A stretch of 62,203 nucleotides of DNA from a bacterium (GCA_021780115.1 JAJXZI010000031.1:1-62203), one strand, 5' to 3'. Shown: positions 44,893-55,432, numbered from the stretch's first letter. The notes: generated by a model from the sequence alone, not told the origin. A program made the numbers and translations.

Positions 44893-47800
44893 ATGAGTGC
44901 TGAGTTCTTTTCACGGATAAAGGGATCCTTGCTGGGCCGGGACTTCGGCAAGGTCCACGCGAAGGCTGCCAAGCTGCGCGAATCGGGCGGCAGCCCGGCC
45001 GCGTTGGCGTTCCTGAAGGAGAACCTGGGCGAAACCGTCGAAAAGGTGGACGCCCGGCAGGCGGACAACTACGCCAAATGCCACCTGCTGCTCGCCGAAT
45101 GTCAGGCCGAGTGCGGCGTCCGCGGCAACAGCCCCCGCCAGGCGCTTGAAGGCATCCAGGCCCTGCTCAAGCTGCCAGGCAGTCATCCGGGCCTCCTTCA
45201 AGGCGGCAGTTCCGCCTGGCCGGACCTGTTGGCCACGGTGGAGAAACTGCTCCGCGCGGTGCTGGATCCTCAGTGGGTTCCCAATGGCAACAAGAGCGCG
45301 TTTGTGACGGAAATCGCCGCCGTGGCCGCGGCGTGGAACCAACTGGGCAAACCGCAGTTCGCCCAGCGCGCCTGCCAGATGGGACTGCGCGTCTTCGGCG
45401 GGGACGCGGGGCTGTTATTGCTCCAGGCCGAAGCCGAGGCGAGCTTGCACAACTTCCCGGCCTCCTTGGAATGTCTCAAGGCCGTCATCCGCTCCGGCGC
45501 CGCCCCGCAATCGCCGGGCAAGATGATTACCCTGCTGGAAATGGCGCAGGGCACTTCCGAAGCCGCCGTGTCGGGCCTGGCGTGGGCGCTGACCGGAGAG
45601 GTCTATTACCGGCTGGGGCGTTGGGAGCAGGCGTTCGCTGCGGCGCAACGTGCTTCGGAAACCCTGGGCGACGGTCTGGAAGATTTCTCAGTGCAGGCCC
45701 TGCTCCTGGCCGCCAGCCGGAACCGAAAACTGGACGAGTTCGAGCAGCACAGCCAGCGCTTCCTGAAACGCGGCCTCTCGGCGGACCTGCTCGCTTCGCT
45801 GGCGGACGAGACGCGCCAGTTGCTCGCCCAATATCCCCATCGCAAGCGGCTCTGGCTGACCTGGGGCGCGGTCGCGTTGCGCATCGGCCAGAACGAGGAC
45901 GCCGTCATGGCGTTCAAGCAGAGCCTGGTCATTGACCGCGCGCTGGCGGCCGAAGTCGTGGCGTGGTACCGCGCGGCCGGGGCGTATTCGACCGCCGACG
46001 CGAGTCTGTGTGTGAACCTGGCGCAGGTCCTGTTCCGGGCCGGACAGCCGGACGACGCCCTGAGCGTGCTGGCACGACTGGACTCGGACGCCACGACCGC
46101 CTCCCAACTGGACGAAGCGGTCACGCTTTGCCGCGAGATGGCCGAGCGATCCGCCGGTCACGCCGGGGTGCGCAATTGTCTGGTGCGCCTCCTCCTGCGC
46201 CAGGGCGATCTGGAAGGCGCGCTGGCCGGCGCGCGCAAGTTGCTCACGCTGACCGGCACGGCCCCAACCGTGGTGGAACTCTGCGTCCGGGTCGCCCAGA
46301 AAGCGCCAGGCGACGCCGGCGGAGAGCTGCTTATCCCGGCGTTGCAGTTGGAAATCGAAGCGCGCTTGAAGGTGCCGGACGTGCCGACGGCGTTGGAGCG
46401 GCTCCAGACGTTGAGTCAGCACCCGGCCTGCACCCGCGACCGCCGGCTCTGGGCGGCGGAATGTCTGCGCGCGATCGCCACCGAAACCGGTTTCGAGCAG
46501 CGCGCCCGCATCGTCCTCGCCGACGTGCTTTTGCGCCTCCAGTTTCAGCGGGAGGCCGGCGAGCAACTCCTCGCCGTGATCGACCAGGACCTGCCGGCGG
46601 AGTTGCTGGAGCAGGCCTGCGCCGCCTTGGCGCAAGTCGGCCCGCAAGCGTCCGATCCCGACCGCGCCCGCGCCGCGCTGGCGGCGGGCTGGCTGCGTCT
46701 GAGCCGGCCGGGCGAGGCGCGCGGGCCGCTGCTGGCCTGCGTCCAAGCCAGGCGGCCCGAGAGCGGCAAGCTGCTGGAGTTGGTCCACGCGCGTCTGGCC
46801 GCCGCCCCGGCGCAAACCGAGTGGGCCGAGTTGAGTCTGGAGGCCGACCTCGCGGCGGGCGGGGAGCAACCACTCCTGGCCGCCGCGACACGTCTGCAAC
46901 AACTCCTCGAACAGAACGCGGCGAGCGCGGAATGGATCGAAGCCGCCGCGAAGCGGCTGGAAAAGCAGGCCCCTTCCGTCGCCGTCCGGAGAGCGGCGGT
47001 ATTGTTGCAGGCACAGGCCCTGGCCACGGCCGGGCAGTACGTCAAGTTGTCCGCCCTGGCCCAGTCGGCCACCGCCCAGCAGGCGGACGGGCGGACGGAA
47101 TTCTTCCGCGCGGTCGAGCGGGCCAGTGACCAGGCGCCGCGGCCCGAAAAGGCCCGTCTTTGCATGACGCTGGCCCGGATGCTGGCGGAGTCCAGCCCGC
47201 CCGAAGCGGAAAAGGCGGTCCGGTTTTACGCCCAGGCCGCCGAACTGGACCCGCCGGCCTGGAGTGAGCGGGTGATGACCGAAACCAGCGAACTGGCCTC
47301 CCGCGCCGGGGGCTGGCCGGGCGCCATTCTCACGGCCCTGCGCACGGCCCTGCGCCTGGGCAAAGGCGGCTTGGTGTGCCCGGAGGTGCTGCGCTCGCTG
47401 GATCGACTGTCGGACGACGAACTCCGCGCAGTGCATGATTTGACGGATGCGGTGCGGAAAGAGAAACCCGCCGCCCCCGAGGCCTGGCTGGTGCGCGCCC
47501 GGTGCGCGACCCGCCTGGCAGACCTCGCCGGCGCGCTGGAAGCGTATCGGCGGATTCTGCCGCTCTCCCTCGATTCGCTGGTCGAGGCGGCGGCGGCGGA
47601 CCTGCGCCGACTCCACCAGGACCACGCGGGAAACGCCGACGTGTTCCTGGCTTACATCGACGCGCTCTTGCGCCGCGGCGATGTCACGTCGGCCCGGAAC
47701 GCGTTGCAGGAGCGGATCGCTCAGTTCCCGGAACAGGCGGACCTCTGCCTCCAGCGCCTGGAGACGATCCACCAGAAGGACGGCCGGTCCTGGGAAGACT

Positions 47801-50208
47801 TGTGCGCCTTTGCCGAGGCGCTGCGGATGGCGGGCAAACCCGCGCAGGCCGTGCCGGTCTGGCGGCAGATTCTGGACGCCGAGGGCGTCGATTGGGCGCG
47901 GTGCGCGACGGCGCTGCAACAGTTATGCATCGCCATGCCCAAGGACTTCGCGGCGGGCGCGCTGCTGGTCCGGGCCGAGACGCGCGCGCTGCCGCCGGAC
48001 AAACTGGACGGCCCGGTGCATCGGCTGGAGCGCCTCCTGGCGCTGCCGGAAAAGGACGCCGCCTGCTTGCAAGGGTTGCTGGCCGACTGCGCCTACATCG
48101 AAGACAAATCCAAAGGCCGGGAGCAGATGGCGCGGCGGCTGGGGCTGCGCCGGACCGAAATCCTGGCCGGCCAAAAGAACCACGCGGCGGCGGCGGCGGA
48201 ATGGGACCGCCTCCTGCGGCGCTGGCCTCAGGAGGCGCGCGCCGCGGCCGCGTTCTGCCGGCGGGAACTCTCCGCGGACGGCCCACCGATCTACCTGCTT
48301 CCGCTGGCCCGGTCGCGGTTCCTCGCGGGCGACTTCGCCGCGGGGACCGAGGCGCTGCGCCAACTGCTGGAAGCGCTCCCCGGCAACGCCGGGCCGGCCC
48401 GCGCGTTGGGCGAGGAGTTCGCCGGCGCGGCCCAGGGCGCGGGCTGGGAATCGTTGCAGTTGCTGCGGGCGGACCTGGCGGCGCAAGACCGGGCGTTCCC
48501 GGCCGCAGCGGAACGCTACCTCGCGTTGGCGGCGCAAGCGCCCGACTCGGCGCCGACCGTGAAGCAGCGGCTGGCGGCGCTGATCCAGGGCGGCGCGGAC
48601 GCCCCGGAGATTCCCCTCGCGCTGGCCGAGTTGGAGCTGGAGGGCAAGCCGGAGAAAATCCCGGCGGCGTTCGCCGTGCTTCAGCCCCTCTTGGAACGGG
48701 ACGCGGCCGGACCGCGCGCCGCCGCGTTGGATTACCTGCGCCACCTGAAGCGGCGGTTCCCGAAGGTGCTGGAGGCGCGGACCCACCTGCTGCGGGTGTT
48801 CCTGCGCCGGGCCGAAGGCGCGTTCGCGGAGATTCAGGCCGAGGCCGACGAACTCTTCCGGGACTTCGGCCAGGACGGCGCCGCGGCTTTCGTCAACTTG
48901 TGCCACCAGGAACTCGCGGCCCGAAAGGAACTGGCGCCGCTGTGGCTCCTCAAATGCGCCGCAGCCGAGCGGCTGGGAGACCTGCCCGGCAGCCTGGAGT
49001 GTTTGCAGACGCTATTGCGGCTCGACCCCGTCGCGCAGGCCGGCGCCGTCCAGCAGCGGGCCGGCAGCTATCTCCAGCCAGGCGGCGGCCCGGCGCCGGT
49101 GGCTATTTTCCTCGCCGACCTGGCCCGGGCCACGGGCCGGAACCCCGACGCGATCCGCCATTACGCCGACGCGGTCGAGCTGGCGGACGCGGACCTGAAC
49201 CACGCCCGCGACGGACTGCGGGCAATCCTCGACGCGGAACCCGGCGACGCCGCGGCGCTCGGCGCCCTGGCGCGGTGCGAGTGGCGCGCGGGCAGCCCGG
49301 TGGCAGCCGCCCGCTGTTACCAACTGGCCGCCGGCCGGCCCGGCCCGGCGCTGGACGGCCGGTTGAAAGAGCTGTGCGAAACGTTTCCGGACAGCGCCAA
49401 ATGCTGGTTCGTCCGGGCCCAGCACTGCGTGGCGAAAAGAGACTTTGCCGAGGCGTTCACCTGCTTGCAACACGCCTGCCCCGGTGCGGACTTGGAACGA
49501 GAGGAGCAGGGACTCGCGTGGAAGATGCTGGCCGACTGTTACGCGCGCCAAGGCCAGTTCGACGAAGCGGTGAGCATCCTGCGGCGGGTGATCGAGTCGG
49601 ATCCTACGGACAACGCGGCCACGCGCCGCCTGATCGGACTCTACTTCGAGAAGAATGCCTGCCGGCTGGCGCAAACCCGGGAAGCGATGGCCCGGGCCGG
49701 GGAAACCCCCGAGCTGGTCCTGGAGTGCGCGGAGTTGCTGCGGGGGCAGGGCGACTACGCGGAAGCGGCCCAATGGCTCAAGAAAGTCCCGCGCGACCAT
49801 CCGCTCGCCAGTCACGCCCTGCTGCAATTAGGCCGCTGCCACCTCGCCTTGAGCCAGTGCAACCTGGCCATCGTCGCCTTAAAAGCCGTGTTGGCGGACA
49901 GTCCGACGACCGAGCAGCGCCGCGCAGCCCGGTATCACCTGGGCCTGACCCATGCGCGGCTGCTCGAATTTGAGAGCGCCGCCAGTGTGTTCGAGCAGCT
50001 CTGCGTCGAGGACGCCGATTACCGGGACGCCGCCGAGCAACTGCGCCGCTGCCAGGAGCAATGCCACGCCGGGGACGTGTTCCGCGTGGCCGAGGTGCCG
50101 TTCGATTTGTTGTCGGCCTGGCGCGAGCTGGCCACCGACGGGCCGCGCTCCGGCGCCCCTCCCGCCGCCCCAGAGTTGCCGCCCGCCCCGCCGCTGTCCG
50201 TGGAATGA
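44893..50208 (+). CDS. Giant (1771 aa) cytoplasmic all-alpha TPR/solenoid repeat protein
   Basis: This is a single uninterrupted ORF with G/C-rich third codon positions. It contains dozens of Ala/Leu-rich helix-turn-helix repeats of TPR type (e.g. AWALTGEVYYRLGRWEQAFAAAQRA; LADCYARQGQFDEAVSILRRVIESDP; LLQLGRCHLALSQCNLAIVALKAVL). I found no signal peptide, no Walker motif and no recognisable catalytic domain. Confidence 0.75.
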   Translation: MSAEFFSRIKGSLLGRDFGKVHAKAAKLRESGGSPAALAFLKENLGETVEKVDARQADNYAKCHLLLAECQAECGVRGNSPRQALEGIQALLKLPGSHPGLLQGGSSAWPDLLATVEKLLRAVLDPQWVPNGNKSAFVTEIAAVAAAWNQLGKPQFAQRACQMGLRVFGGDAGLLLLQAEAEASLHNFPASLECLKAVIRSGAAPQSPGKMITLLEMAQGTSEAAVSGLAWALTGEVYYRLGRWEQAFAAAQRASETLGDGLEDFSVQALLLAASRNRKLDEFEQHSQRFLKRGLSADLLASLADETRQLLAQYPHRKRLWLTWGAVALRIGQNEDAVMAFKQSLVIDRALAAEVVAWYRAAGAYSTADASLCVNLAQVLFRAGQPDDALSVLARLDSDATTASQLDEAVTLCREMAERSAGHAGVRNCLVRLLLRQGDLEGALAGARKLLTLTGTAPTVVELCVRVAQKAPGDAGGELLIPALQLEIEARLKVPDVPTALERLQTLSQHPACTRDRRLWAAECLRAIATETGFEQRARIVLADVLLRLQFQREAGEQLLAVIDQDLPAELLEQACAALAQVGPQASDPDRARAALAAGWLRLSRPGEARGPLLACVQARRPESGKLLELVHARLAAAPAQTEWAELSLEADLAAGGEQPLLAAATRLQQLLEQNAASAEWIEAAAKRLEKQAPSVAVRRAAVLLQAQALATAGQYVKLSALAQSATAQQADGRTEFFRAVERASDQAPRPEKARLCMTLARMLAESSPPEAEKAVRFYAQAAELDPPAWSERVMTETSELASRAGGWPGAILTALRTALRLGKGGLVCPEVLRSLDRLSDDELRAVHDLTDAVRKEKPAAPEAWLVRARCATRLADLAGALEAYRRILPLSLDSLVEAAAADLRRLHQDHAGNADVFLAYIDALLRRGDVTSARNALQERIAQFPEQADLCLQRLETIHQKDGRSWEDLCAFAEALRMAGKPAQAVPVWRQILDAEGVDWARCATALQQLCIAMPKDFAAGALLVRAETRALPPDKLDGPVHRLERLLALPEKDAACLQGLLADCAYIEDKSKGREQMARRLGLRRTEILAGQKNHAAAAAEWDRLLRRWPQEARAAAAFCRRELSADGPPIYLLPLARSRFLAGDFAAGTEALRQLLEALPGNAGPARALGEEFAGAAQGAGWESLQLLRADLAAQDRAFPAAAERYLALAAQAPDSAPTVKQRLAALIQGGADAPEIPLALAELELEGKPEKIPAAFAVLQPLLERDAAGPRAAALDYLRHLKRRFPKVLEARTHLLRVFLRRAEGAFAEIQAEADELFRDFGQDGAAAFVNLCHQELAARKELAPLWLLKCAAAERLGDLPGSLECLQTLLRLDPVAQAGAVQQRAGSYLQPGGGPAPVAIFLADLARATGRNPDAIRHYADAVELADADLNHARDGLRAILDAEPGDAAALGALARCEWRAGSPVAAARCYQLAAGRPGPALDGRLKELCETFPDSAKCWFVRAQHCVAKRDFAEAFTCLQHACPGADLEREEQGLAWKMLADCYARQGQFDEAVSILRRVIESDPTDNAATRRLIGLYFEKNACRLAQTREAMARAGETPELVLECAELLRGQGDYAEAAQWLKKVPRDHPLASHALLQLGRCHLALSQCNLAIVALKAVLADSPTTEQRRAARYHLGLTHARLLEFESAASVFEQLCVEDADYRDAAEQLRRCQEQCHAGDVFRVAEVPFDLLSAWRELATDGPRSGAPPAAPELPPAPPLSVE

Positions 50209-51440
50209 AGTACCAAGTGCAGAAAAAGAACGGTCCCGGACCAGGCCCGTTGGATCCTTTCCCGCGCGTCCAGGGACAACTGACCGACCTGCGGGCGGAG
50301 GCCACCGCCTTGGGGCAGGAGACCAAGTCACTGCGGGCGGACGTGCTGGAGCTGCGCTCGAACTTCACCACCCTGGGCCGGCGCGTCGATGCGGTGCAGA
50401 CGGAAACCGCCGAGATGCGCCGCGAGTTGGGCCAGGTGACGGACCATGTGGTCCAGTTCAGCGCGCACCTCGAGACCTTGGTGAAGGCGTTGCAGGAGAG
50501 CCAGAGCGCGGCGGCGGCGACCGTCCAGACGCTGACCGCGCAGCGCGAGAGTGAAGGGCGGCAACAGCAGCAGGTCCGGGCCGCCCTCCAACAGCAGCGC
50601 CAGGAGCAAGAGACGCTGGCCCTGGCCCTCCGCCAGAGCCGGGAGCAGATGGCCGAGGCGTTGGCCGCGCTGACCCGGAAGGAAACCCAGCTTCAACAAA
50701 ACGCCGGCGAAATCGCCCGCACGCTGGTCGAGTTGATCCAGAAGTGCGACCAGCAATCCACCGAGCGGCTCGGCGCCATTGCCGCCGCGATTCAGCGCTC
50801 GGCGGAGGAAGAGTTGGGCGGCCTCCGCCAGTTGGCCGAGAGTTACCAAAAAGTCCAGGAGTGCGAGCGGGGCCTTTCCGAGTTGCTCGGCGCGGGCAAC
50901 GACACGTTGAGCAACCTCACGCGCCACTCGGAACAAATCCTCCTCCAGGACCGGCGCGGGCACCAGGAGCACCTGCGGACCGAAGCGGTCGCCGTCAACC
51001 GCCAGGGCTTGAAGGCGCTTGCCAACGGCCGTTGCGACGAGGCGGTCCGGAAATTCGCGCAGGCCCGGAAGCTGGCGCCCGACGCGGTCGAACTCGGCTT
51101 CAACCTGGCCGTGGCCCACTTCCGCCAGGGCAACACCGAGGCGGCCCGCGAACTGGCGGACGAACTGGTCCGCGATGACCCCGGTCGGCCGGAGTTGAAA
51201 TCGTTGCGGGGCTTGCTCAGCCTGGCCACGGGCGACTTCTCGGCCGCGCGGGAGACCCTGGCCGCAGCCGCCGCGGCGGAAGCGCAAAGCGAATCGGTCC
51301 TGGCCGCCGCCGGGCTGGCCCACTTACTCAGCGGCGACGCCCGTTCGGCCCAGGACGCGATGCGCCGCGCGGCGCAAGTGGCCTCTTCCGAAACGCAGTT
51401 CTTCCGCCGCGTGGGCTTCGAAGCCACGACCAGCGCCTAG
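50205..51440 (+). CDS. Coiled-coil protein with C-terminal TPR repeats
   Basis: ATGA overlap with the giant TPR gene. The N-terminus is Pro/Gly-rich (KKNGPGPGPLDPFP). About 230 aa of heptad-like Q/E/L/R-rich coiled coil follow, then TPR-like repeats (AVNRQGLKALANGRCDEAVRKFAQARKLAP; GFNLAVAHFRQGNTEAARELADELV). Confidence 0.65.
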   Translation: MKYQVQKKNGPGPGPLDPFPRVQGQLTDLRAEATALGQETKSLRADVLELRSNFTTLGRRVDAVQTETAEMRRELGQVTDHVVQFSAHLETLVKALQESQSAAAATVQTLTAQRESEGRQQQQVRAALQQQRQEQETLALALRQSREQMAEALAALTRKETQLQQNAGEIARTLVELIQKCDQQSTERLGAIAAAIQRSAEEELGGLRQLAESYQKVQECERGLSELLGAGNDTLSNLTRHSEQILLQDRRGHQEHLRTEAVAVNRQGLKALANGRCDEAVRKFAQARKLAPDAVELGFNLAVAHFRQGNTEAARELADELVRDDPGRPELKSLRGLLSLATGDFSAARETLAAAAAAEAQSESVLAAAGLAHLLSGDARSAQDAMRRAAQVASSETQFFRRVGFEATTSA

Positions 51441-51447
51441 GACGCCC

Positions 51448-52455
51448 ATGCAGGTGCGCATCCAGCCACGAAACCCCGTCGAGGCCCTGCAGGGTCTGAC
51501 GGAGTTTTTCGAGGCTGCCAGCGGCGCCGCCACCCGGCTGCGGGACCAGCAGCAACAGCTCTGCTCCGCTGCCGAACAACTGGCGTCGGCTTGTCGGGAC
51601 GGCGGCGGCGCCCTGCTCCAGGATTTGGCCGAGGCCGCGCAGGGCGCGCGGCGCTCCGCGGCGGAAATGGCCGGCGAGAATCCGGCAATGAGCGCCCGCC
51701 TCGCCGCGCTCCAGCGGGCCAAGGACGAATCGCTGACCACGCTGGCCGAGCGGGGCCGGGGGCTGGTGGAGGTCGCGGAAGCCGCCCTGGCCAACGCGAA
51801 CCGGCGCCTGGCGGAACTGGAACAAAAGCTCGACGGCGTCCGGCTGCTGGGGGCCAGACGCCGCCGGGAAGTGGGGCAGCATCTCCAGGGAACCGCCGAG
51901 TTTTTTCACCAATTCGAGCGCGGCCAGCGCATCTTCGAATCGGGACTCGGCCGGCTCAAGAGCCACTTCGCCGAACAAGCCGAGCATCGCGGCCAGAGGG
52001 AGTTCGCCCGGAACCGCGTCCGGGCGGTGCGCGCCACCGAAGCGGGCCTGCGGGCGCTGGAGGCCGGGAGCTTGACGGAAGCGGAAGGACACTTTCGCGC
52101 CGCCTACGAACGGTGCCCCTCGCCGGAGTCCCTGTTCGGTCTGGTGCTGGCGCTCGTCCGCGCGGGGAAACACGAGGAATCCCAGCGGCTCCTCTCGGCC
52201 GCCGCCCTGCGCCAGTGCGATCCGGTGGAAGTCCAGGCGCTCAAGGCTTTGAAGGCCCTGCTGGTGCGGGACGGGGCGCTCGCGCTCCGGGAGGCCGAGG
52301 CCGGTTTGCTCATCTGCCCGGACCATCCGGGGCTGCGCCGGCTGGCCGCCACCGCGGCGCTGGCCACGGACGCCGCCGCAACGGCCGTGCGCTACCTGTC
52401 CCCCAGCGAGGCGGCAACCTTGCGAGTCGGCGTGGCGGAATCTCCGCGCCCGTAG
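51448..52455 (+). CDS. Second coiled-coil + TPR protein (same architecture as the preceding gene)
   Basis: The start lies 7 nt after the previous stop. An N-terminal helical/coiled region is followed by TPR-like repeats (EAGLRALEAGSLTEAEGHFRAAYERCP; LFGLVLALVRAGKHEESQRLL). The antisense ORF 51328..53151 is Arg/Gly/Pro-rich and is rejected. Confidence 0.6.
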   Translation: MQVRIQPRNPVEALQGLTEFFEAASGAATRLRDQQQQLCSAAEQLASACRDGGGALLQDLAEAAQGARRSAAEMAGENPAMSARLAALQRAKDESLTTLAERGRGLVEVAEAALANANRRLAELEQKLDGVRLLGARRRREVGQHLQGTAEFFHQFERGQRIFESGLGRLKSHFAEQAEHRGQREFARNRVRAVRATEAGLRALEAGSLTEAEGHFRAAYERCPSPESLFGLVLALVRAGKHEESQRLLSAAALRQCDPVEVQALKALKALLVRDGALALREAEAGLLICPDHPGLRRLAATAALATDAAATAVRYLSPSEAATLRVGVAESPRP

Positions 52456-52687
52456 CGTGGGCCGCCCGGCCGCCGACTGGCCCGCGCCGTGGCGGGCAAG
52501 CGCCCGTCCCAAAGTCGCGCCGGCTGTCCCGCCGGCCACGCTGATCTGGCCGCCGTTTCGCGAGCGACTTTGGGCTTGCCTTGGGCGGGAGAGCTTTCCA
52601 GCTTGGCCACGCAATGAAGAAGCCGAGTCTGCCGCCGCCGGGGGAAACCGGCCCGTTGCAGAGCGGGAGGCCCCAACCGAAGACAGC

Positions 52688-53317
52688 ATGAAGCTCGCGA
52701 AACACATTTTCACGGCGCTGACACTGGACGGGATCGCGGTCGTTTCTGCCGGCTGCAAGCCCCAGAACGCGAAGTCAACGAGCGCCTCCCAGGTAGTCGT
52801 CTTCCCCGGTGTCGGCGTTTCACTCGTCCCCGGCAGTGGTTGGGAACTCCGTACGGGCGCCACGGACTCCGGCCGTCTGCGATGGTGTTTGCCCATCCTT
52901 GGCGGCAAGGCTCGCTCGTTCCTGCGGGAGGGCCGGTATGATGGGGCGAACGTTCTGGTGTGTCTGTTTAGCGCCGACTGTCCAGATCCCCAGAGTGCGG
53001 TCGCCGATCTCTTGAGCAGCCTGCGGGAGCCGACGCCAATCTCCACTGCCCGGGTAATCGAGGATTCGCTCCGGCGCGAGGCGTTCGCCTGGGACAGCGG
53101 GTTGCAGGGCACCCACGTTTCTTTCAATTTGCACACGACTTTCCGCAGCACGAAACTCTCGACCCCGACGATTACCTGCGAGCTGGAAACGCGGCATCAC
53201 TGCTACATCGTCAAAAACACCGAAGGGCGTTGGGTGGGCGTCTGCTACTTTACCACCGCTGAGAAAGAGTCTGAGGACGTCCATCAGATGATTCGGAAGA
53301 CCCTGAGGCTGCGGTGA
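52688..53317 (+). CDS. Hypothetical lipoprotein
   Basis: ATG at 52688 gives MKLAKHIFTALTLDGIAVVSAGCKPQ, a lipobox. GC is lower than in the neighbours and no family is recognised. Confidence 0.55.
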   Translation: MKLAKHIFTALTLDGIAVVSAGCKPQNAKSTSASQVVVFPGVGVSLVPGSGWELRTGATDSGRLRWCLPILGGKARSFLREGRYDGANVLVCLFSADCPDPQSAVADLLSSLREPTPISTARVIEDSLRREAFAWDSGLQGTHVSFNLHTTFRSTKLSTPTITCELETRHHCYIVKNTEGRWVGVCYFTTAEKESEDVHQMIRKTLRLR

Positions 53318-53344
53318 TCGCGCCCCTCAACCTTCCCAACGCAG

Positions 53345-55432
53345 ATGAAACGCCTCCACCTTCAAATCCTTTCCACCCTGCTGGCCAGCCTGACTACGAC
53401 CACCTTCGCCGCTGACCAAGTCCTCTTCGACTTCGCCGACACTCTAAACTTGAGGCGAATCGGCACGAACGACGCGACGGCGGGCATGATGCAAGGCGGC
53501 TTTGGGCCGTGGCTGTTCGTCCGTACCGGCCACCAGCAATCCTGGCCCGGCGTCACCCTGCCGGCGCCGGGTGGTCCTTGGGACCTTTCACCATTTGCCC
53601 AAGTCGCGCTCCAGATCCGGAACGCCGGCACAAACCCGGTCACGGTCAATTGCCGCGTGGATAATCCGGGCGCCGACGGCACACGGCATTGCGTCACCAG
53701 CGCGCTGACGCTCCAGCCCGGCCAGACCGACACGCTCAAGGTGCCGTTGAAACGCGCCAGCGACGACACGCTCGGCGGAAAACTCTTCGGCATGAGAGGC
53801 TACCCGGTCGCGCCCGGCGGCCCCGGCACGGTTGATCCGAAGAACGTCACGCAACTGCTCGTCTTCGTGAGCAAGCCGAGCGCGGACCACGTATTCGAGA
53901 TCGCCGACGTGCGCGCCACCGGCGCCTACACGCCGCCGAAGGCGTGGGTGACGGACGCCGATCCGTTCTTCCCGTTCATCGACACCTTCGGCCAATACCG
54001 GCACAAGGATTGGCCCGGCAAAACGCACTCGCTCGCCGACCTCGCCGCCAAGCGCGAGACCGAGGCGAAGGAGTTGGCTCAACAACCCGGCCCGAAAGAT
54101 TGGGATAAATACGGCGGCGCACTCAATGGTCCGCAGCTCCGGGCCACCGGTTTCTTCCGCACGGAAAAGGTCCGCGGCAAGTGGTGGCTCGTCGATCCGG
54201 ACGGCCATCTGTTTTTCTCCCACGGCATCGATTGCGTGCGGGCGCTCGACACCACGCCCATCGAGGAGCGGGCGAGTTGGTTCGCGGATTTCCCCGGCCA
54301 GCAGCCGGAGTTCGCGCCGTTTCTTTCCCGCAACTTCGCGCTCAAGGGGCATTACGCGGGCCGCACGGTGGAGTGCTTCTCCTTCGCCGGCGCGAACTTC
54401 CTCCGCAAGTACGGCCCGGACTGGGGCGCGGTCTATCCCAAGATCGTCCACGAGCGCCTGCGCAGTTGGGGCCTGAACACCATCGGCAACTGGTCCGACG
54501 AGGCGACGGTCCGGATGCGGCTCACGCCCTACACCGACGCCATCGGCAGCGGGCGGACGAAGATGATTCAAGGCAGTGAGGGCTACTGGGGCAAGTTCCC
54601 GGACGTGTTCGATCCCAGCTTTGCGGAGTCGCTGCGGCGCAGCATGGAAGCCAAGCGCGGCCAGAGCGCCGGTGATCCGTGGTGTATCGGCTATTTCTCG
54701 GACAACGAAATGTCCTGGGGCGACGAAGTCTCGCTCTCTCTCGCGGCGTTGCGGTCGCCTCCGGAACAAGCGGCGAAGCAGGTCTTCCTCGCCGACCTCA
54801 AAGCGAAATACGGCGACGTGGCCAAGCTGAACGAGGCCTGGGGCACGGCGCACGCCTCGTGGGACGCGCTGCTGGAAAGCCGCGAGGCGCCGGATCGGAA
54901 CAAAGCCGGAGACGACTTGACCGCGTTCTACACCAAGGCGGCGGGGCAGTATTTCCGCACCGTGCGGGACACGATCAAGGCCGTTGCCCCGCACCAGCTT
55001 TATCTGGGCTGCCGCTTCGCCTGGGTGAACGACCTGGCGGCGGTCGCCGCCGGTAAATACTGCGAGGTGGTCAGCTACAACCGTTACCAGCGGAGCGTCG
55101 CCAACTTCAAATACCCCGGCGGCGACAAGCCGCTGCTGATCGGCGAGTTCCATTTCGGCGCGCTGGACCGCGGGATGTTCCACACCGGTCTGGTGCCGGT
55201 GGCGGATCAGGCGGCGCGTGCCCAGGCCTACAAGGATTACGTGCTCGGCGCGCTGCGGCATCCGCAATTCGTCGGCTGCCACTGGTTCCAATACAAGGAC
55301 GAGCCGGTGACGGGCCGCGTCTATGACGAGGAGAATTACCAGATCGGTTTTGTCGATGTGGCCGACACGCCGTATCGGGAGACGATCGCGGCCAGCCGCG
55401 AGGTGGGGGACCATCTCTACCGCGGCCAGTGA
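53345..55432 (+). CDS. Secreted putative glycoside hydrolase (N-terminal CBM-like beta domain + TIM barrel; agarase/GH50- or GH42-like)
   Basis: A signal peptide is followed by a beta-sandwich-like N-terminal domain. The body contains GKWWLVDPDGHLFFSHGID, WGLNTIGNWSD, IGYFSDNEMSWG, LYLGCRF, LIGEFHFGALD and GCHWFQYKDEPVTGR. The family call is from memory and tentative. Confidence 0.65.
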   Translation: MKRLHLQILSTLLASLTTTTFAADQVLFDFADTLNLRRIGTNDATAGMMQGGFGPWLFVRTGHQQSWPGVTLPAPGGPWDLSPFAQVALQIRNAGTNPVTVNCRVDNPGADGTRHCVTSALTLQPGQTDTLKVPLKRASDDTLGGKLFGMRGYPVAPGGPGTVDPKNVTQLLVFVSKPSADHVFEIADVRATGAYTPPKAWVTDADPFFPFIDTFGQYRHKDWPGKTHSLADLAAKRETEAKELAQQPGPKDWDKYGGALNGPQLRATGFFRTEKVRGKWWLVDPDGHLFFSHGIDCVRALDTTPIEERASWFADFPGQQPEFAPFLSRNFALKGHYAGRTVECFSFAGANFLRKYGPDWGAVYPKIVHERLRSWGLNTIGNWSDEATVRMRLTPYTDAIGSGRTKMIQGSEGYWGKFPDVFDPSFAESLRRSMEAKRGQSAGDPWCIGYFSDNEMSWGDEVSLSLAALRSPPEQAAKQVFLADLKAKYGDVAKLNEAWGTAHASWDALLESREAPDRNKAGDDLTAFYTKAAGQYFRTVRDTIKAVAPHQLYLGCRFAWVNDLAAVAAGKYCEVVSYNRYQRSVANFKYPGGDKPLLIGEFHFGALDRGMFHTGLVPVADQAARAQAYKDYVLGALRHPQFVGCHWFQYKDEPVTGRVYDEENYQIGFVDVADTPYRETIAASREVGDHLYRGQ

